The translations under genes were made by a program, and so were the position numbers. Under the pieces are notes generated by a model that did not search any database, was not told the DNA's origin, and saw only the letters and a list, made by a program, of their open reading frames with translations. Below, piece after piece: positions 1 to 8,690 of a DNA stretch of 64,000 nucleotides; the stretch's first letter is position 1; every line of letters starts with the position of its first letter. The stretch spans positions 32,001 through 96,000 of the forward strand of contig JAFGAR010000088.1 in the NCBI GenBank assembly GCA_016933575.1, in the 5' to 3' direction. Origin of the DNA: Candidatus Thorarchaeota archaeon. Lineage in GTDB: Archaea; Asgardarchaeota; Thorarchaeia; Thorarchaeales; Thorarchaeaceae.

Positions 1-1829
1 GCAGGAGTAGCGATTGGGCCCACGTCATTACGGACATGTGCACGGAGCTCCTCACGAAGAGCATCGGTCTTCTCTACACCCATCTTAAGAGTCACGAATA
101 CATAGATATCCTCACCCTTAATCTCATGTGGAAATCCAACGACAGCACACTCTGCGACTGATGGATGCTTGACTAGTGATGACTCGATTTCAGCAGTACC
201 AAGTCTGTGACCAGAAACCTTGAGAACATCATCAAGACGACCCATCACAAAGTAGTAGCCATCACTGTTGAAACGTGCACCATCACCTGTATAGTACATA
301 GGCTTCTTATCTTCAGGATTCTTGAACTGGACCCAGTATGTATCCACGAACCGTTTGTGGTCACCATAGACTGTTCTCATAAGACCCGGCCAGGGTTTCT
401 TGAAACAAAGATAACCACCTTCATTGGCGCTGACAGGTACACCATCTTCTGCGACAATGAGAGGATCAAGTCCAAAGTAGGGGAAGGTCGCAGAACCTGG
501 AATTGTCGGGGTTGCACCAGGTAGTGGAGTGAGAATCACGCCACCAGTTTCAGTCTGCCAGTAGGTATCAACGATTGGACACTTCTCTTTGCCAATCAAT
601 CTGTGATACCACATCCAAGCCTCTGGGTTGATTGGTTCACCAACAGTACCAAGTAGGTTTAGACTCGAGAGATCATGCTTGAGAACTGGTCCATCACCAA
701 ATCTCATGAGAGCACGAATGGCTGTTGGTGCGGTATAGAACTGCGTGACCTTCCAGTGCTCGACTTCTAACCAGAAACGGTCATTATCTGGATAGGTTGG
801 AACAGACTCGTACATCAGGGTCGTAGCCCCAGCGGAGAGAGGACCGTAAACGATGTATGAGTGACCAGTAATCCAACCAATGTCGGCAGTACACCAGTAG
901 ATGTCACCAGGATGCCAGTCGAATATATTGAGGAAGGAGTGAGTTGTATAGACCATGTAACCTCCGGTAGTGTGGAGTACACCCTTTGGTTTTCCAGTGG
1001 AACCAGATGTGTAGAGGATGAATAATGGATCCTCAGCGTTCATCCACTCGGTTTCACACTTGTCGTCGACCTTTGCATATTCTTCATGATACCAGACATC
1101 ACGTCCTTCAGTCCATGGTAGATCAATTCCAACTCTCTTGACAACGAGAACTTTCTCAACCGTTGGAGTGGACTCGAGAGCTACATCTGCACCAGCCTTC
1201 TGTGGAATAGTCTTACCTGCACGATAGTAACCATCAGCTGTGACAAGGACTCTGCCTTCACAGTCAAGGATTCTATCCACTAGTGAGTCTGCACTGAATC
1301 CACCGAAGACTATGCTATGTACTGCGCCAATCTTCACGCAAGCAAGCATGATAATTGCTAGCTCTGGAATCATTGGAAGGTACATTGTAATCCTATCGCC
1401 CTTTTTGACTCCAAGATTCTTCAGGACATTGGCAGCCTTATTGACCTCACTTAGGAGTTCACTATAGGTGTAGGTCTTTGACTCATCAAGGGGTTCGCCT
1501 TGCCAGATTAATGCAATCTGGTCACCCTTCCCAGCCTTAACATGCTTGTCAAGACAGTTGTAAGCCATATTGGTTACACCATCTTCAAACCATGTGAATT
1601 CGGCATTGGTGGGATTCTTCCAATCGAAGCCTTTAGTTGGCTCCTTCTTCCAGTAACAAAGTTCCTTTGCTGCTTTTAACCAAAAGGCGCTAGGGTCTTC
1701 AACAGACTCCTTCCAGATCTTCATCCGTTCTTCGTGGCTCTTTATATAGGCCTTATCGATGAAGCTCTGAGGAGGTTTGAAACGCCTTTCCTCTTGGCTA
1801 TATACCTTAATCTTCTTATCTTCTGACAA
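1..1829 (-). CDS. acs: Acetyl-CoA synthetase (AMP-forming); 3' end runs off the window
   Basis: Not in the ORF track. Manual minus-strand translation from TTG at 1829 (GGTGA SD upstream) gives MSEDKKIKVYSQEERRFKPPQSF..., with YTSGSTGKPKG and DTYWQTETG motifs. Confidence 0.93.
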   Translation of the reverse strand, partial: MSEDKKIKVYSQEERRFKPPQSFIDKAYIKSHEERMKIWKESVEDPSAFWLKAAKELCYWKKEPTKGFDWKNPTNAEFTWFEDGVTNMAYNCLDKHVKAGKGDQIALIWQGEPLDESKTYTYSELLSEVNKAANVLKNLGVKKGDRITMYLPMIPELAIIMLACVKIGAVHSIVFGGFSADSLVDRILDCEGRVLVTADGYYRAGKTIPQKAGADVALESTPTVEKVLVVKRVGIDLPWTEGRDVWYHEEYAKVDDKCETEWMNAEDPLFILYTSGSTGKPKGVLHTTGGYMVYTTHSFLNIFDWHPGDIYWCTADIGWITGHSYIVYGPLSAGATTLMYESVPTYPDNDRFWLEVEHWKVTQFYTAPTAIRALMRFGDGPVLKHDLSSLNLLGTVGEPINPEAWMWYHRLIGKEKCPIVDTYWQTETGGVILTPLPGATPTIPGSATFPYFGLDPLIVAEDGVPVSANEGGYLCFKKPWPGLMRTVYGDHKRFVDTYWVQFKNPEDKKPMYYTGDGARFNSDGYYFVMGRLDDVLKVSGHRLGTAEIESSLVKHPSVAECAVVGFPHEIKGEDIYVFVTLKMGVEKTDALREELRAHVRNDVGPIATP

Positions 1830-1944
1830 AATCGGTCACCAAATTTGGTCGATGATTTGGCGACCCTGAAAAAACGCCCTATATGAAGATTGTCCAATCG
1901 ATATAAAATTCGTGCGAAACAGAAAATTAAAAAAATAATGAGAA

Positions 1945-1973
1945 GAGGTCTGAGGAAACTGGTCCTCGACCTC
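1945..1973 (-). terminator. Hairpin followed by a U-rich tract downstream of the MFS gene
   Basis: GAGGTC-TGAGGA...TCCTC-GACCTC inverted repeat, followed on the minus strand by a T run. Confidence 0.55.
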
Positions 1974-1985
1974 AGATTATACTAC

Positions 1986-3305
1986 TTATTGACCCTTACG
2001 TCTGGAACGTAGAACAAGAGTGAAAAGAACCGCGATGATTGCCAACACGCCAGTGATAATAAATGCCATGAAGTAAGAACCAGTGGTGTCCACAATGGGG
2101 CCTGCAACTAATGCACCGGTGATTCCCGCGATTCCGTATGCAGTGAACATCACACCATAGTTTTTACCTACATTTTTGCTACCGAAGAAATCTGCTGTGG
2201 CTGAGGGGAATAATGCGAAGTTGCCGCCGAAACAGAAACCAATCAATGATGCTATTCCCATAACAGCATACCAGCTGATACTGATAGTTGACATGTACGC
2301 AAAGGTGAACATCCCTATTGCAAGTATAAGGAACATGAGAACCATTGTTTTTTCACGACCAAGCTTGTCAGAAACAGCACCCCAGACAATTCTTCCTGCT
2401 GCATTGAGTAGACTCATGACACCTACAACAATGACTGCGTCAGCTGTAGCATCAATCGCTGAGGCTGCTGTCTTCACATTACCAAGAGTCATTAAACCTG
2501 CGGTGGCAGCAAAGACAAACATGAGCCAGAGAAGCCAGAATGTAGAAGTTCTGATCATCTCACCGGGTAAGATGTCTTGACCTTTCCCATCAGCAGTTGA
2601 AGGAGCTGGGGTGAAGCCATCGGGCAACCAACCTTGTGGAGGATTGGTCAATACTTGGGCACCTAAGACTACAAATACTAGATATACTATTCCAAGAATC
2701 AACATTGGCATTCCAATATTTGCAACTGTTGGGACGTTATACAGTTCTAGGAGATACTGCTCAACGTATCCAAAGACGAGGGCACCTGCGCCAAATCCAG
2801 CTACTGCAATGCCAGTGATTGTTCCTTTCTTGTCGGGGAACCACTTAACAAGTGCGGCAATCGGGCATACGTACGCAAAACCAATACCAGCACCGGCGAT
2901 TATACCATAGGTGAGAATCAGAAATAACATACCAATAAACGCATCATCAGTAGTAGATACTAATCCATCAGTTACTACAATGATATCAATCAAATATGCG
3001 AGAATATAACCCAATCCAAGGAGGATACCTCCTACAGTAGCTACCTTGCGAGGCCCAACACGATCTTGCCATCTTCCGGCAATAATCATAAAGAGAGCAA
3101 AGGAAGCCAGACCAGCTGCAAAAGGAAGCTGAGAGTATAACGAAGGCCAGAGATAGAGACCTACATCTTGCACCTTTGTAATTGGATTGATACCATTTAG
3201 AGCTGATTGAAAGAACGACCATGCGTAAATGGAACCAAGACATAGTTGGACTATGATTGCACCAAGTACAACCAAGTACCGATTTCCAATTTTTTCTTCA
3301 GACAT
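1986..3305 (-). CDS. MFS transporter, oxalate/formate antiporter (OFA) family
   Basis: About 12 TM segments; GSIYAWS, GRWQDRVGPR, KWFPDKKG, GAVSDKLGR, DFFGSKNVGKNYG motifs. Confidence 0.88.
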   Translation of the reverse strand: MSEEKIGNRYLVVLGAIIVQLCLGSIYAWSFFQSALNGINPITKVQDVGLYLWPSLYSQLPFAAGLASFALFMIIAGRWQDRVGPRKVATVGGILLGLGYILAYLIDIIVVTDGLVSTTDDAFIGMLFLILTYGIIAGAGIGFAYVCPIAALVKWFPDKKGTITGIAVAGFGAGALVFGYVEQYLLELYNVPTVANIGMPMLILGIVYLVFVVLGAQVLTNPPQGWLPDGFTPAPSTADGKGQDILPGEMIRTSTFWLLWLMFVFAATAGLMTLGNVKTAASAIDATADAVIVVGVMSLLNAAGRIVWGAVSDKLGREKTMVLMFLILAIGMFTFAYMSTISISWYAVMGIASLIGFCFGGNFALFPSATADFFGSKNVGKNYGVMFTAYGIAGITGALVAGPIVDTTGSYFMAFIITGVLAIIAVLFTLVLRSRRKGQ

Positions 3306-3475
3306 GATAGAAAACTCCTATCAAATTGTTAGATGTTATTCTGCTGGCGAAATTACTGTACTAAAAGCCTTCCTACTTCGAAGAATGTCATACTCCAGCC
3401 ATAGCGACACTGTCGCTTGGAAACGCCTAAATACTCAGCCTAGTGAGTGTGTTCCATCCACCAGAGGTGACGACA

Positions 3476-5362
3476 GTGGTCGCGGCAGATTGGACTGATA
3501 AGTACAAGAACAAAATCCTGAGTGCTTCCAAAGCGATAACAAAGATTAGACGAGGTTCTAGGATTTTTCTAGGCACAGGTTGCGGTGTACCGTACCATCT
3601 TGTGCAAGAACTGGCGAGTCATGCAGATAAGATGGCAGACAACGAAATTGTTCATCTGCTGACTCTTGGTGATACGCCATCAGCTGATAAGAAATTTCAG
3701 AATCAATTCAGGCATAACACATTCTTCGTCAGTGCGAACATACGAGATGCTGTATCTGCAGGACGTGCAGATTATACTCCAATGATGTTATCGGAGATTC
3801 CAGATCTCTTCAGACAGAAACGAATGCCTCTGGATGTTGCTATGATACAGGTCAGTCCTCCCGACCGATACGGATACTGCTCTCTTGGCATATCTGTGGA
3901 CATAACAAAAGGAGCAGCAGAGAGTGCAGATATGGTCATTGCTCAAATCAATGATAGAATGCCAGTAACCCATGGAGATTCCTTTATTGACATAAGAGAT
4001 CTTGATTATCTTGTTCCATTCAATGAACCTCTGAGAGAGTTTCAGGGAGATGAGATCACAGAAACCATTGACCTCATAGGAAGCTATGTTGCAAGGCTTG
4101 TGGAAAATGAGTCAACTCTAGAACTTGGAATCGGAGCTCTTCCACAGTCAGTGTGCAATAATCTACTAGAAACTGGGGTGAAAGACGTTGGGATTCATAC
4201 AGAGATGTTCAGCGATAGTCTAGTGCCCCTGATTGACCAAGGAGTTGTAACGAACAAGAAGAAGTCAATCCATAGAGATAAAGTTGTAGCAAGCTTTGCC
4301 ATGGGATCAAACAAGCTTTATGACTATATAAATGACAATCCCATGTTCCAGTTTCACGATACTGCGTATGTCAATGATCCTTATGTCATTGGGCAGAACA
4401 GAAAGATGATAGCTATCAACTCAGCATTGGAAGTTGATCTAACTGGACAAGTATGTGCAGATTCTCTCGGTCACAGATTTTATAGTGGGATTGGCGGGCA
4501 GGTTGATTTCATTCGTGGAGCGAAGAGATCGATTGGAGGGAAAGCAATCATCTGCTTACTCTCAACAGCAATGGACGGTCAGGTTTCCAGGATTGTTCCA
4601 CAGTTAAGTGAAGGAGCAGGGGTTGTCACCACACGTGGAGATGTAGATGTAATCATCACTGAATACGGATTAGCGAATCTCCATGGCAAGACGATTCGAG
4701 AACGTGTGCTGTCACTGATTGCTATTGCAAATCCAAAATTCAGGAATGAATTGCTTGAAGCAGCAAAAGATATGCATTACGTCTTTGAAGATCAAGTCCC
4801 GTTCCTAGTTCAGGGTACATACTTTGCATCAGAATACGAAGTATCTGAAAGGTTCAAGGGACCTGATGGCCCTGTGGATGTTCATTTCAGATTAATTCGA
4901 CCTGATGATAGTGATAGAATCAAAGAACTATTTTATGGTCTTAGTGAAGAGAGCATTTACTTCAGATTCCTGACTCCACTCAAGACTCTTAGGAGACAGA
5001 CCCTTCAAGATTTCTACAATGTCGACCAATCAAGAGATATCAGCGTAGTAGCGGTTATAAAGTCGGACGAAGAGGGAGAGAGTGAGAAAATAATCGGTGC
5101 TGGTAGATACTTGCTTAATAGAAGCACAAATGAAGCTGAGTTTGCTCTACTCATAAATGATGATTTTCAGAATAAGGGGATTGGAACATTCTTACTCAAT
5201 CATCTCATGCGAATTGCAAAGAGTAAAGGTGTTGATGCGTTCATCGCGTATGTTCATCCGCAGAACCAACCAATGATTAGATTCATTCACAAGACAGGGA
5301 AGGTCGTAGAGAGTAAGATATCTATACAGGACGAGGAGTACGTATTTCGCCTCAAACTATAG
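3476..5362 (+). CDS. Acetyl-CoA hydrolase/CoA-transferase fused to a C-terminal GNAT acetyltransferase
   Basis: QVSPPD..G.CSLG, GIHTEM, EVDLTGQV, SGIGGQVDF motifs, then GNAT motif EFALLINDDFQNKGIGT. Start placed at GTG after GAGGTGA (track start 3443). Confidence 0.88.
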   Translation: MVAADWTDKYKNKILSASKAITKIRRGSRIFLGTGCGVPYHLVQELASHADKMADNEIVHLLTLGDTPSADKKFQNQFRHNTFFVSANIRDAVSAGRADYTPMMLSEIPDLFRQKRMPLDVAMIQVSPPDRYGYCSLGISVDITKGAAESADMVIAQINDRMPVTHGDSFIDIRDLDYLVPFNEPLREFQGDEITETIDLIGSYVARLVENESTLELGIGALPQSVCNNLLETGVKDVGIHTEMFSDSLVPLIDQGVVTNKKKSIHRDKVVASFAMGSNKLYDYINDNPMFQFHDTAYVNDPYVIGQNRKMIAINSALEVDLTGQVCADSLGHRFYSGIGGQVDFIRGAKRSIGGKAIICLLSTAMDGQVSRIVPQLSEGAGVVTTRGDVDVIITEYGLANLHGKTIRERVLSLIAIANPKFRNELLEAAKDMHYVFEDQVPFLVQGTYFASEYEVSERFKGPDGPVDVHFRLIRPDDSDRIKELFYGLSEESIYFRFLTPLKTLRRQTLQDFYNVDQSRDISVVAVIKSDEEGESEKIIGAGRYLLNRSTNEAEFALLINDDFQNKGIGTFLLNHLMRIAKSKGVDAFIAYVHPQNQPMIRFIHKTGKVVESKISIQDEEYVFRLKL

Positions 5363-5437
5363 ACTGTTGTATTGAATCCTTATTCACGGTGTAAATCATT
5401 CGAAGAGTCTTACAGACAGTAATCTGGGTGATTATAA

Positions 5438-6643
5438 ATGAAGGAAACGCTTCTAAAAGCAGGAACTGTAATTATAGGTGATGGTAATCTTATCGAGAAT
5501 GCATCAATATTGATACAAAACGGAATCATCTCTAGAATCGAAGAGAAAATTCCTACTGGTCTAGAAACCGAGGTTCTTGATTTTTCTGATTGTGTGGTCA
5601 TGCCAGGAATGATTGATCCACATGTTCATGTCTGCTTTGACGGTTCCCCAAACATGGCTGAAACACGGTTGTTCTCTGATGAACTGTTAGCAATAAGAGG
5701 TGGCAAATTACTGGAAATCCTCCTCCAACAGGGGGTAACAACTGTTGGCGATGCAGCGGGAAGAGGAAATGTTCCCTTTGCCGTGAAAGAGGCAATTGAT
5801 CGAGGTTTTGTCAATGGACCTCGTTTTCTTCCCTGCGGAAGAATGATTACGATATCAGGTGGGAGAGATCCTCTTGCAGGAGCAAATGAAGCAGATGGTG
5901 TAGATGGTATACGTAGAGCTGTCCGAGAAGAGATTGCAAGAGGCGCATACTATATCAAACTCGCAACTACTGGAGCCATGACATCTGAACATACAGAGAG
6001 TATGAGTGTACAGTTCAATCAAGATGAACTACAAACAGCTGCTGATGAAACAAGGAAGGTTGGTAAAATGTCTCACGCTCATGCGTACGGGGACGAAGGA
6101 ATCAAAAACACAATACTTGCAGGAGTAGATGTACTAGTTCACGGTCATCCACTCAGTAAAGAGAATATCGAACTGATGAAGAAACACAAGACAATGTACA
6201 TGCCCACGATTGTGACCTATTATGAGTCACAGCTGCACCATGATGATGGCGAACTTCCAGAGTATATGATTCGCAAAGAGAAGGAGATATTCCCACTCAT
6301 CGAAGAGGGTGTACGGAATGCTGTCAAGGCAGGAATAGAAATGGTTGTCGGAACTGATTCAGGAATGCCATACACATTCTTTGGAAAATCCACACCAGAA
6401 GAGATGGAGTTGCTTGTGAGACTAGGTGGTACCTCAGAGATGCAGGCAATTGTTGCAGGCACAAGAAATGCTGCAAAGTCAATGAGCATCGAGTCAAAGG
6501 TTGGGACTATTAAACTGGGAAAGTCAGCGGATATGTTGATTCTTGCTCAAGGAAAGAACCCTCTAGATAACATATCTATCCTGCAAGACAAGGAATCTAT
6601 CAAGAGAGTCATTCTCAATGGAAGGACTGTCGTTGAAAGATAA
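5438..6643 (+). CDS. Metal-dependent amidohydrolase (Xaa-Pro dipeptidase-like)
   Basis: PGMIDPHVH, IKL, HAHAYG, VHG, GTDSG, GKSADM motifs. Confidence 0.85.
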   Translation: MKETLLKAGTVIIGDGNLIENASILIQNGIISRIEEKIPTGLETEVLDFSDCVVMPGMIDPHVHVCFDGSPNMAETRLFSDELLAIRGGKLLEILLQQGVTTVGDAAGRGNVPFAVKEAIDRGFVNGPRFLPCGRMITISGGRDPLAGANEADGVDGIRRAVREEIARGAYYIKLATTGAMTSEHTESMSVQFNQDELQTAADETRKVGKMSHAHAYGDEGIKNTILAGVDVLVHGHPLSKENIELMKKHKTMYMPTIVTYYESQLHHDDGELPEYMIRKEKEIFPLIEEGVRNAVKAGIEMVVGTDSGMPYTFFGKSTPEEMELLVRLGGTSEMQAIVAGTRNAAKSMSIESKVGTIKLGKSADMLILAQGKNPLDNISILQDKESIKRVILNGRTVVER

Positions 6644-6999
6644 GATGTTAGTATGTAATGTGACAGTGAGATTGATTGTTTAATCTTGAAAAGAAATTGA
6701 GCGGGTTGAGTGATATACCCGCCCTTTGAGTGGTATACTATGGGTTGCACTAGATGCAATGGTGTGGTTATGGTTCTCGTTTAGAATGGTTCATCTGGCG
6801 AATTGCTTGGTGGCATATCCGTTACTCACCCCCGACAAATAGTAGTCTTATAATAATTTAAGCCCAGAAGAAAGTGAGGGCGCCACCCGCCGGGAAGCGG
6901 ACACGACAGACATTAAAAGTTAGATAGGGACCGTGGCGCCATTCAGTATTTTGTCTGCACGACTGCTAATAAGCCCCTAGAAAATTACGAGCATATATT

Positions 7000-7212
7000 G
7001 TGAAAAACTCACTTGAGAATATGACAGGCATAACGAGTTTCCCAGTAGTGGGTCACTTCACCAAGGAACAACTCGAGGCAATTGATAAGGTCTTACAATT
7101 ATTAGACTCTGAGGAGTTCAGAGACTATCATGACCAATTTGGAGTATGTAATGCTCCGGATATTATTGACACGCTCAGACGAAGTGTCCAGCAGGCCCTT
7201 GAGAGAGTCTAG
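7000..7212 (+). CDS. Hypothetical small protein
   Basis: ORF fills an intergenic gap; no recognisable motif. Confidence 0.45.
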   Translation: MKNSLENMTGITSFPVVGHFTKEQLEAIDKVLQLLDSEEFRDYHDQFGVCNAPDIIDTLRRSVQQALERV

Positions 7213-7217
7213 AGGTT

Positions 7218-7472
7218 TTAGACCAGTACAAAGTTTGGTGGAAAGAGCACAAAATACTCTATCACAATAGAGAGAAGAATTCCACTGAAGACTAGACCAC
7301 GTCCACGTTTCATATTCACCTCTGTAAACCAGAGTATTGCACCGATGAGAACAATGATGACCCCTGATATTTGGCCAATGAATATCAGGAAGTCCCAGAT
7401 TTCAATGAGATAAGCCCCAATCAATTGTGCAAAGTTTACCAATGGCGATTGCAATAGTAACGAGAGATCCAT
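7218..7472 (-). CDS. Small membrane protein (2-3 TM)
   Basis: Hydrophobic 84-aa ORF downstream of tRNA-Ile. Confidence 0.6.
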   Translation of the reverse strand: MDLSLLLQSPLVNFAQLIGAYLIEIWDFLIFIGQISGVIIVLIGAILWFTEVNMKRGRGLVFSGILLSIVIEYFVLFPPNFVLV

Positions 7473-7548
7473 GTACTCGACCCAGAAATCAGTGAGTCTC
7501 TGCTAATTTAAAGTCGTAGAGATACGGTGAGTAACAATCAAGAGAGAG

Positions 7549-7687
7549 TGGTGGGCCCGACGCGATGAATTCCAGTTGGGCAAATCCCATACTGTTTGAA
7601 CGCGCGATATCCGCCTTATCAGAGCGGCGCTATAATTGACTAAGGAAAACGAAGGTCGTTGACCTTTCCAGTCTAAGCCACGGGCCC
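7549..7687 (-). tRNA. tRNA-Ile(GAU) with two non-canonical introns: D-loop 19/20 (7636-7667) and T-loop 58/59 (7567-7595)
   Basis: Acceptor stem GGGCCCG/CGGGCCC-A-CCA; anticodon arm CCGCT-CTGATAA-GGCGG. Removing the BHB-flanked 32-nt and 29-nt inserts gives a 78-nt cloverleaf. Confidence 0.9.
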
Positions 7688-7760
7688 ATTGCATTCGTAG
7701 ACGGCTGCATATCGAAAGTGGATAAAAACGTTATGACTGTGTGTCAAACAAGAGATGCCT

Positions 7761-8657
7761 CTAGAGAACTTCTGGAACTATGTGTTTAATTTTGTCTAAT
7801 GATTCTTGGGCTTCAGACCTTGTAAGTTCAAAGATAATAGGCCCATCAAAGTCATCAGCAGATAAAGCTAGAAGGAATTCTCGAAGAACTTCATCACCCA
7901 TAATGCCACGACCAAGAGCAACATGATCCTCACGAGCTATTGCACCATCATATTCATGATAAATCCCATCTTGGAGATGTATCTCTATTATTCGATCCTT
8001 ATGGGTTGCATAGAACTCCATTACAGATTCATTTCCAGACATATGAGTAATCAGATGAGCTGTGTCAAAGCAGATGCTTGTATCAAGATCATCTATCATA
8101 TCCCGCGTAACGTCAAACGGAAACATACAATTCTCAATTGCTAGTCTTCGTGGTTTAATTTCTGTCTGCGTGATAATCTCTTCAATACTCTGCATGGAAA
8201 ATCCTGACAATAGCATACATATCAAACGAACCGTGTTATTTGAATATGGCAGGGTTGAGAATTCAGCAGCTAAAGCCCCAGTAGCATGTAAGACGTAAGC
8301 CTCTGGCTCCAGTCGTTCAGCCAGTCTTATGCACTCTACTTGACTCTTGACACTACCTTGACGTACTGGTTCATTGAAGGTCGCAAGTTCAATTGACCAG
8401 AAGGGAAGATGTATCGTATAAGCTAATCCAAGTTCATCCTTTAAATCTACGAGTTGATCAATTGCTTTTGGAGTAAAAATAGAATCGAGAATATATTGTG
8501 CATCCATTGAAATCTCTGCAACCGAAAATCCTGAAGTTGCAGTATCTCTTACCGGGTTGACTACATTGACCAGAGAGAAGTCTGGAATTCCATCGACTAT
8601 TACCTGTTGTGCAGTTGACTGAAAATCAAGAGCAGTTAGACCAAATCTAAAAGGCAT
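7761..8657 (-). CDS. Xylose isomerase-like/AP endonuclease 2 TIM-barrel metalloprotein (CbiR-like)
   Basis: IHLP, VLH, IEN, FDTAH, IHLQD, DH and IIFE metal-ligand pattern. Confidence 0.75.
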   Translation of the reverse strand: MPFRFGLTALDFQSTAQQVIVDGIPDFSLVNVVNPVRDTATSGFSVAEISMDAQYILDSIFTPKAIDQLVDLKDELGLAYTIHLPFWSIELATFNEPVRQGSVKSQVECIRLAERLEPEAYVLHATGALAAEFSTLPYSNNTVRLICMLLSGFSMQSIEEIITQTEIKPRRLAIENCMFPFDVTRDMIDDLDTSICFDTAHLITHMSGNESVMEFYATHKDRIIEIHLQDGIYHEYDGAIAREDHVALGRGIMGDEVLREFLLALSADDFDGPIIFELTRSEAQESLDKIKHIVPEVL

Positions 8658-8690
8658 GTACCATCGACTCCTAGTTCACATTTAGAAGAT

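Noticed and set aside
207-1467. Plus-strand ORFs 207-524 and 1240-1467, and similar short antisense ORFs throughout the window
   Set aside because: They are shadows of well-supported genes on the opposite strand (here acs).
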